Source of the DNA: a candidate division WOR-3 bacterium
GTDB lineage: Bacteria; Hydrothermota; Tepidihabitantia; Tepidihabitantales; CAIPLT01
Assembly: GCA_965649215.1 (NCBI GenBank)
Contig: CBFGJZ010000020.1
Location: 1-15,511 of the forward strand
DNA length: 15,511 nt
Reading direction: 5' to 3'
Shown here: positions 8,625 to 15,352 of the stretch, piece after piece
How the letters are laid out: each line of letters starts with the position of its first letter
How positions within the stretch are numbered: position 1 is the stretch's first letter
Made by a program: the position numbers and the translations under genes
The notes under the pieces: generated by a model
What the model was told of the DNA's origin: nothing
Databases searched by the model: none
The model's input: only the letters and a program-made list of their open reading frames with translations

Positions 8625-9539
8625 ATGAAGAAAATTTTCTACTTTTTATTTTCCAATCTCCATCTCAAAATCATTGCGGTCTTATTAGCCCTCTTCATCT
8701 GGTTCTTGGCGGTTTTATTTCGAACCCATAAAGTCATGATCACGGTTCCAATTGAATTTGTTAACTTAGCCGATGACTATATTATTGCTATGAAAAATAC
8801 CGAATCCTTACGCCTATCATTAGAAGGACGGGGGAGTGATTTTCTGCCGTTAGTATTAACCAAACCAAAATATAAACTCAATTTGACTAATGCCCGTTGG
8901 GGATTTAATACTTATAAACTTGATTTTGATAACTTACCAATCAAAGCTCCCATTACTGTGAAATCGATTATGCCCGAATATGTAGAAATGAGAATTGATT
9001 ATTTGGATAATAAAATCGTGCCATTAGTAGTGCCGTATCGACGGGATGGACAAAAGGGATTATATATTACAAAATTGAGTTATGATGATACGGTCCGTTT
9101 ATATGGGCCAGAGAGCCAATTGCGATATATTAACGAAGTAACGAGCGAATCATTATTGATTGCCAGTTACAGTGGCGGTCAATTAGTTCGCAAATTAAAA
9201 GTAAAAGTGCCTGATGAAAAAGCGTTCTGGAGCATACCCGATTCAATTTTAGTTTCAGCCACTTTAGAAAAAGAAGAGACCAAAACGATTGTTGTCCGAC
9301 CAATTCAGACCATCCCGATGAGCCGAAAAAGAGTTATTTTAAATCCTGACTCGGCACAACTGACTGTGCGTGGACCAGCAAGTGCGGTCAAAGAAATGGA
9401 GAGTTCAGCAATCCAAATTCAAATTGACATCAGTAATTTAGAACGTGGTCAATATGAGTTGCCAGCGGAAATTATCTTACCGAAGGGGATATTTTTAGTC
9501 CGTTGTGAACCGCAATTATTTAAGGTTGAGATCAAATAA
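8625..9539 (+). CDS. YbbR/CdaR-like membrane-anchored protein
   Basis: NLHLKIIAVLLALFIWF anchor, VPIEFVNL, LSLEG, VRLYGPES, LTVRGPAS, IDISNLERGQYELP and EPQLFKVEIK, typical of YbbR repeats. Start set at the in-frame ATG 8625. Confidence 0.8.
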   Translation: MKKIFYFLFSNLHLKIIAVLLALFIWFLAVLFRTHKVMITVPIEFVNLADDYIIAMKNTESLRLSLEGRGSDFLPLVLTKPKYKLNLTNARWGFNTYKLDFDNLPIKAPITVKSIMPEYVEMRIDYLDNKIVPLVVPYRRDGQKGLYITKLSYDDTVRLYGPESQLRYINEVTSESLLIASYSGGQLVRKLKVKVPDEKAFWSIPDSILVSATLEKEETKTIVVRPIQTIPMSRKRVILNPDSAQLTVRGPASAVKEMESSAIQIQIDISNLERGQYELPAEIILPKGIFLVRCEPQLFKVEIK

Positions 9540-9551
9540 GTATTTTCAGTG

Positions 9552-10553
9552 ATGAAATTTTTAGGGATCGAGACTTCTTGTGATGAGACTGCAGCGAGTG
9601 TAGTGATTGCGGAAGCGGGTAATTTGCGTCCGCAGTATCAAGTGCCTTCAAATATCGTTTCGTCGCAATATGTTCATACTCAATATGGTGGAGTCATTCC
9701 TGAACTTGCTTCGCGTGCTCATATTCAATTGATTGTACCCATCACTGAGACAGCTCTTGAAGTTGCCAAAACTGATTATAATGAATTAGATGGCATTGCC
9801 GTAACTTATGCGCCAGGTTTGGTGGGAGCACTTTTAGTTGGTCTTTCGTTTGCTAAAGCATTGTCATTTAGTTTACAAAAGCCATTTGTCGGAGTTAATC
9901 ACTTAGAAGGACATATTTTTTCATTGCTCTTATCATATCCCGAACTAAAACCACCGTTTTTGGCTATGATCATCTCAGGTGGTCATACCGAATTGCTTTT
10001 GATTAAAGATCTCTGTCAGTACGAACAATTAGGTTCAACTACAGATGATGCTTGTGGGGAAGCGTTTGATAAAGTTGCCCGTATGTTGGGACTACCTTAT
10101 CCCGGTGGAGCGTTTGTAGAGAAATTAGCCCGCGAAGGCAAGAGAACGATAAAATTTCCGATTCCTGATATACCTGATTATGATTTCAGTTTTTCGGGTC
10201 TTAAAACTGCAGTGTTGTATTATCTCCAAAAAGAAAAAAATCCTAATAAACATGATGTTGCCCATAGTTTTCAGGAAACAGTGTGTGACTTTCTTTTAAA
10301 AAAGATTCATCGAGCGACGGAGAATTATCAGATCAATCGAATTGGCGTTTCTGGTGGCGTTGCGATTAATAAACGAATTCAAGAACGATTCTATGAATTT
10401 GGTAAGCAATATCAGCTGGAGTTTTATTTTCCAAGTCCTCAGATGTGTACAGATAATGCAGCTATGATTGCTGCCGCGGGCATTGAAAGATTTAAGCGAT
10501 TTGGACCGTCAGATTTATCTTTGTCTGCCCAAGCTCGAGTTAAATTAGTCTAA
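9552..10553 (+). CDS. tsaD: tRNA N6-threonylcarbamoyladenosine transferase TsaD
   Basis: LGIETSCDETAA, GGVIPELASRAH, HLEGH, SGGHT, DDACGEAFDK, FSFSGLKT and CTDNAAMI motifs. Alternative GTG start at 9549. Confidence 0.97.
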   Translation: MKFLGIETSCDETAASVVIAEAGNLRPQYQVPSNIVSSQYVHTQYGGVIPELASRAHIQLIVPITETALEVAKTDYNELDGIAVTYAPGLVGALLVGLSFAKALSFSLQKPFVGVNHLEGHIFSLLLSYPELKPPFLAMIISGGHTELLLIKDLCQYEQLGSTTDDACGEAFDKVARMLGLPYPGGAFVEKLAREGKRTIKFPIPDIPDYDFSFSGLKTAVLYYLQKEKNPNKHDVAHSFQETVCDFLLKKIHRATENYQINRIGVSGGVAINKRIQERFYEFGKQYQLEFYFPSPQMCTDNAAMIAAAGIERFKRFGPSDLSLSAQARVKLV

Positions 10554-10863
10554 ACAAGGGCAGACCACTTTTAAAATAGATAATTTAGTTTTCAATCATT
10601 AACCTATAATTCTATTTATAAGTAGAATTTAAATCAAGGTTATATTATCTATAACTTCTTGTATATCAGATTGATATTTCAGAGTTTACCAAAATAGGGG
10701 TATAATGCCCTCCTACGCTACCAAATATCAAATCTAACTTTTTATGTGACTTTATTTGTGAAGCAAGTTATAAATTACTATATAACCCTATGGATGAAGG
10801 TAAATATCTTTCTTTTTATCAACCATTAAATTTCTATCTTCACTAATAACTTTTCTTTATATT

Positions 10864-10883
10864 TTCTAACTTATTCTAACTTA
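10864..10883 (+). repeat. tandem 10-bp direct repeat (TTCTAACTTA x2)
   Basis: Exact copies at 10864-10873 and 10874-10883. Confidence 0.6.
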
Positions 10884-11078
10884 CTCGCTCATAGGTTCTT
10901 TCATATAGGATTATCCATAGCTTTACGATAGTTAGGGGTAATCGTATATTTATAGAAATTAGAATGAGAGTGTCCACATTTATCATAGGTTTAAAGATCA
11001 CAAAATTTGTTTATTTGTTTTTATCTGTCTTTCTATAATCTTACTTTAAGGTAAAATAAGCTGTAAGAAAATAAGAGC

Positions 11079-11233
11079 ATATTTGATGTTTCCGAAAAAC
11101 TTATAAAAAGATTGCCACGCCTATGGCTCGCAATGACAATATGGTTCGAATTTCTACTGATGAGATTAAGAAAGGGATATATTTTATTAAAGTTGACGAC
11201 TATAAAGAAATTACAAGAGTTGTCGTGGTTTAA
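11079..11233 (+). pseudogene. remnant of a T9SS type-A C-terminal sorting domain (3' end of a lost secreted-protein gene), frameshifted
   Basis: One frame from 11079 reads IFDVSEKLIK. A second frame from 11111 reads IATPMARNDNMVRISTDEIKKGIYFIKVDDYKEITRVVVV* (stop 11231-11233). Joined across an apparent 1-nt loss near 11109, this fits the I(F/Y)DxxGxxI...GxYFIK...K/R-hydrophobic-tail CTD pattern. An in-frame TAA lies upstream at 11064. Confidence 0.7.
11109..11138 (+). repeat. palindromic repeat half-element (AGATTGCCACG...CTCGCAATGAC type)
   Basis: GC-rich island AGATTGCCACGCCTATGGCTCGCAATGACA in AT-rich DNA, folding as ATTGC/GCAAT and GCC/GGC stems. From memory it matches REP-like / Rickettsia palindromic element-like repeats that translate as EIATxxARND. 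Confidence 0.6.
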
Positions 11234-11321
11234 TAGGAGGATGAAAAATAGAAATCAGATTCTCAGTAAATTCTTCTTCTTAATATTAAGTTTTATACTT
11301 AGATATACTTTAACATAGTTC

Positions 11322-11350
11322 TTGACATTTCTATAATTTTTTGTTATAAA
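11322..11350 (+). promoter_or_regulatory. sigma70 promoter of the alpha operon
   Basis: TTGACA (11322-11327), 17-nt spacer, TATAAA (11345-11350), with extended -10 TG at 11342-11343. Confidence 0.65.
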
Positions 11351-11395
11351 TATTAATTAAATTTTGACTTAAAAGAAAAGGATAACTATAGATAA

Positions 11396-11785
11396 ATGGC
11401 AAGATTATTAGGTGTTGATTTACCAGATAAAAAACAAGTCTTATATGCACTACCCCATATTTACGGCATCGGGCCGAGCAATGCGAAAAAGATTTTAGAT
11501 GCGGTGGGAGTTGCATATAACAAAAAAGTAGCAGAATTGACTGATGAAGAATTGGCGAAAATTCGTAAAGAGATTGAATCTAATTATAAAATTGAAGGTG
11601 TCCTACGAGCTGAAGTTTCGGCAAATATTAAAAGATATATTGAAATAAGTTCTTATCGTGGCGAACGACATCGCCGGGGGTTACCCGTGCGAGGTCAGCG
11701 CACCCGCACTAACGCCCGAACCCGCAAAGGTCCGCGTAAAAGTGCAGCAGTTATTAAGGTGCGCGAAGTCGCTAAGCCGAAATAA
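11396..11785 (+). CDS. rpsM: 30S ribosomal protein S13
   Basis: [15 protein letters not shown] and [26 protein letters not shown] motifs. Confidence 0.98.
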   Translation: MARLLGVDLPDKKQVLYALPHIYGIGPSNAKKILDAVGVAYNKKVAELTDEELAKIRKEIESNYKIEGVLRAEVSANIKRYIEISSYRGERHRRGLPVRGQRTRTNARTRKGPRKSAAVIKVREVAKPK

Positions 11786-11802
11786 CAGAAAAGGAGTGAA
11801 GC

Positions 11803-12177
11803 GTGGCGAAAAAGAGTATTAAAAAGAAAATTGGTCAGACCGGCATTGCCCATATCTATTCTACTTTTAATAATACGATTGTCACGATTACTGACCAAGA
11901 AGGTAATGTTTTATGTTGGTCGTCAGCTGGTCGAATTGGCTTTAAGGGTGCTAAAAAAGGAACTCCGTTTGCTGCCCAACAGTGTTCCGAAGCCTGTGGT
12001 CGGGAAGCAGTGAGTTTAGGGATTGTTAAAGTGGATGTAAATGTCAAAGGACCAGGACCAGGACGGGAAGCGGCAATCCGTTCCTTACAAAATGCGGGTT
12101 TAAAGATTAACTCGATTAAAGATGTAACACCCATACCGCATAATGGTTGCCGTCCACCAAAACCACGAAGGGTATAA
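11803..12177 (+). CDS. rpsK: 30S ribosomal protein S11
   Basis: [25 protein letters not shown] and [18 protein letters not shown] motifs. GTG start with SD AAGGAG. Confidence 0.98.
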   Translation: MAKKSIKKKIGQTGIAHIYSTFNNTIVTITDQEGNVLCWSSAGRIGFKGAKKGTPFAAQQCSEACGREAVSLGIVKVDVNVKGPGPGREAAIRSLQNAGLKINSIKDVTPIPHNGCRPPKPRRV

Positions 12178-12182
12178 AATTA

Positions 12183-12211
12183 TTGACAAACTTATATTTT
12201 TGTATTATAGT
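12183..12211 (+). promoter_or_regulatory. putative internal sigma70 promoter upstream of rpsD
   Basis: TTGACA (12183-12188), 17-nt spacer, TATAGT (12206-12211). An additional TATAAT lies at 12219-12224. Confidence 0.6.
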
Positions 12212-12229
12212 TATTGATTATAATTAATT

Positions 12230-12838
12230 ATGGCAAGATATATTGGACCAAAATGTAAAAAATGCCGAAGTATGGGTGAGAAGTTATTCTTGAAAGGGGA
12301 TAAGTGTCTCACCGATAAATGTGTTTTTCCAAAACGGATGAGTAAGAATTCAGGACGGATGAAGAAATTATCACATTATTCAATGCAACTCAGAGAAAAA
12401 CAGAAACTAAGGGCAATTTATGGACTCTTAGAAAACCAGTTCCGTTTGCTTTTTGAACGCGCTCGACGCAAAAATCCTGCAGAACAGATGCTTATTTCCT
12501 TGGAACGGAGATTAGATAATACTGTCTATCGGCTTGGTTTTGCTGATTCCAGAGCTCAAGCTCGGCAATTGATTCGGCATGGTCATATCTTAGTAAATCA
12601 GAAAAAAGTGAATATCGCATCATATGCCGTAAAAGTCAATGATGAAATTTCGGTCAAAGATGAAAAAGGCAAAAAGTTGATTAAAAGTATTTTAGCTGAA
12701 AAAGAACCGATGCCGACTGATTGGCTCGCATTAGATAAAGAAAATATGGTTGGCAAAGTATTGCGCTTACCAACCAAAGAAGATATTAAGGATATTCCAA
12801 TTAATACTCAATTAATTGTAGAATTGTATTCTAAATAG
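12230..12838 (+). CDS. rpsD: 30S ribosomal protein S4 (form retaining four N-terminal Cys)
   Basis: MARYIGPKCKKCR..LFLKGDKCLTDKC, QLREKQK, LERRLDN, ARQLIRHGH and IVELYSK motifs. Confidence 0.98.
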   Translation: MARYIGPKCKKCRSMGEKLFLKGDKCLTDKCVFPKRMSKNSGRMKKLSHYSMQLREKQKLRAIYGLLENQFRLLFERARRKNPAEQMLISLERRLDNTVYRLGFADSRAQARQLIRHGHILVNQKKVNIASYAVKVNDEISVKDEKGKKLIKSILAEKEPMPTDWLALDKENMVGKVLRLPTKEDIKDIPINTQLIVELYSK

Positions 12839-12841
12839 TTT

Positions 12842-13852
12842 ATGAAACTAACACCAATTTTATTACCCGAAGGCGCAGTTGTGGATAAAGATTCATTGAC
12901 CAATGAATATGGTCGGTTCACAATTGCACCTTTAGAAAAAGGCTGGGGACATTCGATTGGCAATTCCATCCGACGCGCATTATTGTCATCTATTCAAGGC
13001 GCAGCCATTACTCAGGTGCGCATTGATAATGTCTTACATGAGTTTACAACCATCCCTGGTGTGTTGGAAGATGTGCCCCAGATTATTTTAAATATAAAAA
13101 AGATTAGACTGCGTTTAGATTCAGAAACTCCAAAACACTGTTATCTGCACGCCAAAGGTGCAGATGAATTTAAAGCTCGACACTTGACGGTCCCGCCAGA
13201 AATTACAATTGCTAATCCCGAGCAACCGATTTTAACAATTACAGAAGCCAATCGCAGCGTTAACATTGAAATGAAAGTTGAAAATGGGCGGGGTTACCTG
13301 CCAGCCGAACGAGCTGAAAAGAAAAGCGGTTATCCGGAAGGCACAATATTCTTAGATGCATTTTTCTCACCAGTTAAAAAAGTTAATTTTATGGTTGAAA
13401 ACACCCGAGTTGCCGACCGCGCTGACTATGAAAAGATTATTTTAGATATCTGGACCGATGGTACGGCATTGCCAGAAGAATGTTTGATTCAAGCAGTGAC
13501 AATTCTGAAAAATCATATGGTGGCTTTGATACCCAAAGAAAAAGAACCTGAGTTTTTTACGGCTGAAAAATACGATCGTGATCGACAACGCTTACAAGAA
13601 TTGTTAAAAATGGATATTAGTGAATTAGAGTTATCAAATCGAGCGCTGAATTGTCTTAGAAATGGACGCTTAAAGACCACGGGCGAAAAGATTAATATTA
13701 TGACGGTTGCCGATTTGGTAGGTAGAACCGAACGAGAAATGCTGGAAATCGAAAATTTTGGCCGTAAGACTTTAGAAGAAGTAAGAGAAATTTTAGAAGC
13801 TCGTGGATTAAGTTTTGGTATGGATGTTGAAAGAATTATGAAGAGGGGTTAG
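12842..13852 (+). CDS. rpoA: DNA-directed RNA polymerase subunit alpha
   Basis: PLEKGWGHSIGNSIRRALLSSIQG, HEFTTIPGVLED, DAFFSPV, ELELSNRALNCL and NFGRKTLEE motifs. Confidence 0.98.
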   Translation: MKLTPILLPEGAVVDKDSLTNEYGRFTIAPLEKGWGHSIGNSIRRALLSSIQGAAITQVRIDNVLHEFTTIPGVLEDVPQIILNIKKIRLRLDSETPKHCYLHAKGADEFKARHLTVPPEITIANPEQPILTITEANRSVNIEMKVENGRGYLPAERAEKKSGYPEGTIFLDAFFSPVKKVNFMVENTRVADRADYEKIILDIWTDGTALPEECLIQAVTILKNHMVALIPKEKEPEFFTAEKYDRDRQRLQELLKMDISELELSNRALNCLRNGRLKTTGEKINIMTVADLVGRTEREMLEIENFGRKTLEEVREILEARGLSFGMDVERIMKRG

Positions 13853-13855
13853 ACC

Positions 13856-14263
13856 TTGCGACACTCAAGAAAAGTTAAGAAATTAGGACGTAAAAAAGCA
13901 CATCGTGAAGCGATGGTGAGAAATATGCTAAAGTCATTATTTGAGCATGAGCGCGTTAAAACCACTATTGCCAAAGCCAAGTTAGTGCGCCAAGCGGCCG
14001 AGCGCTTGATTAATTTTGCGATGAATAAAACAGTGGCAAACCAACGAGTGATTTTTTCAACTCTGCAAAACCGTAATTTAGTAAAACGCTTATGTGATGA
14101 GATTGCTCCCCGCTTTAATAATCATAAAGGTGGATATACTCGAATTATTCGATTAGGCACTCGAGTTGGTGATAGTGCGGAACTGGCTTTACTTGAGTTA
14201 ACTGTAAGAAAAAGTAAAAAAGAAGAGACAAAAAAGGAAAGTAAAGAAAGTAAAAAGAAATAA
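13856..14263 (+). CDS. rplQ: 50S ribosomal protein L17
   Basis: MRH...KLGR..AHR, KTTIAKAK and GGYTRIIRLG.RVGDSA motifs. TTG start. Confidence 0.97.
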   Translation: MRHSRKVKKLGRKKAHREAMVRNMLKSLFEHERVKTTIAKAKLVRQAAERLINFAMNKTVANQRVIFSTLQNRNLVKRLCDEIAPRFNNHKGGYTRIIRLGTRVGDSAELALLELTVRKSKKEETKKESKESKKK

Positions 14264-14274
14264 GTCCAACCTGA

Positions 14275-14649
14275 ATGTTACGATTCCTGGTTAAATCCAA
14301 AATTCAACGCTTAAAGATTACCGGTAAAAATCTTTATTATGATGGTAGCATTACGATTGATGAAGAGCTCCTACAAAAAGCAGATATTGTTGAAAATGAA
14401 ATGGTGCAGGTTGTGAATGTTAATAATGGTGAACGCTTTGAGACTTATGTAATGAAAGGAGCTCGTAATTCAGGGGAGGTCTGTCTTAATGGTGCCGCCG
14501 CCCGATTAGGGGAAGTTGGCGATGAGATTATTGTGATCTCGTATGCAGCATTAGAAAGTGTTTCGGCACGAGGTTTTGAGCCGAAAAAGGTATTTGTCGA
14601 TAAAGACAACCACATCATTAATGACCGGAATCATTCTCGCAGCGGGTAA
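14275..14649 (+). CDS. panD: aspartate 1-decarboxylase (pyruvoyl-dependent)
   Basis: KSKI.R, LYYDG/SITID self-cleavage site (G24-S25), NNGERFETY and CLNGAAARL motifs. Confidence 0.94.
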   Translation: MLRFLVKSKIQRLKITGKNLYYDGSITIDEELLQKADIVENEMVQVVNVNNGERFETYVMKGARNSGEVCLNGAAARLGEVGDEIIVISYAALESVSARGFEPKKVFVDKDNHIINDRNHSRSG

Positions 14650-15352
14650 GAGTAAACGAATGGGCCTTACCCATTCAAAAGTACTTTTACCGCTCGACGG
14701 TCGTCCTGTGATAAGTTATCTGATTGAACTTGCCAAAAAATTAGCGTTAGATCCAATTTTAATCGTTGTTTCACCTCAAGGGACGGATATTATGCAAACT
14801 TTTCAAGACGAAAAGGTGCAATTTGTTATTCAAAAAGAAGCCAAAGGTACGGCTGATGCTATTTATAGTTGTGATAATTATCTACAGAAAGATGATGAGA
14901 TTTTTATTCTCTATGGTGATACCCCATTATTAAGTTTGGAAAGTTTGTCTCTCTTAAAAGAGAAATTTCAAACTGAAAAAGCAGATGTGGCATTGCTTAC
15001 CACCTATTTACAAAACCCAACTGGATATGGTAGAATTGTTCGGGATATGAATAATAAGATCATTGGTCTTATTGAAGAAAATGAAGCGGATGAAAAAATC
15101 AAAGCGATCAAAGAGATTAATGTTGGTGTATATATCTGTCGCTATCAGAAATTAAGAGAGTATCTTAAGAAATTAACTCCCAATCCGCTTAATGGCGAAT
15201 ATTATTTAACTACAGCAATTAGTAATTTAATAAAGGATAATGGCAAGGTGACATCGTACCAAGTTCAAGACCCGAATTGTTGTTTAGGTATTAATACACC
15301 AGCGGATTGGGCTTTGGTGCAAAAATTATTTAGGCAAAGAAAACAGATATGA
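14621..15352 (+). CDS. GlmU-like sugar-phosphate nucleotidyltransferase, N-terminal (uridylyltransferase) domain only
   Basis: IILAAGKSKRM, KGTADA, YGDTPLL, NPTGYGRIVRD, EINVGVY, GEYYLT and GINT motifs. Stops at 243 aa with no hexapeptide repeats. Start set at the in-frame ATG 14621 (29-bp overlap with panD). Confidence 0.85.
   Translation: MTGIILAAGKSKRMGLTHSKVLLPLDGRPVISYLIELAKKLALDPILIVVSPQGTDIMQTFQDEKVQFVIQKEAKGTADAIYSCDNYLQKDDEIFILYGDTPLLSLESLSLLKEKFQTEKADVALLTTYLQNPTGYGRIVRDMNNKIIGLIEENEADEKIKAIKEINVGVYICRYQKLREYLKKLTPNPLNGEYYLTTAISNLIKDNGKVTSYQVQDPNCCLGINTPADWALVQKLFRQRKQI

Noticed and set aside
10523..10572. GTCTGCCC/GGGCAGAC inverted repeat at the tsaD end as a terminator
   Set aside because: The 27-nt loop and displaced short T-run make it too weak to call.
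11149..11166. AATTTCTACTGATGAGAT resembles the Cas12a repeat handle AATTTCTACT...GTAGAT
   Set aside because: Single copy, broken stem, no spacers or cas genes, and it lies within the CTD-coding remnant.
11112..11318. ORF-track 68-aa ORF as a real gene
   Set aside because: TTG start with no SD. Better explained as the out-of-frame reading of the CTD remnant running into the short ORF at 11241.
11331..12134. ORFs 11331..11516 (-), 11695..11898 (-), 11831..12013 (+) and 11856..12134 (-)
   Set aside because: Shadows of rpsM and rpsK.
14205..14260. A-rich GAAAGTAAA-like repeats at the end of rplQ
   Set aside because: Low-complexity Lys/Glu tail, common in L17 proteins.
14558..14620. N-terminal extension of the GlmU-like ORF
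   Set aside because: Lies deep inside panD. Homology begins at MTGIILAAG (14621).
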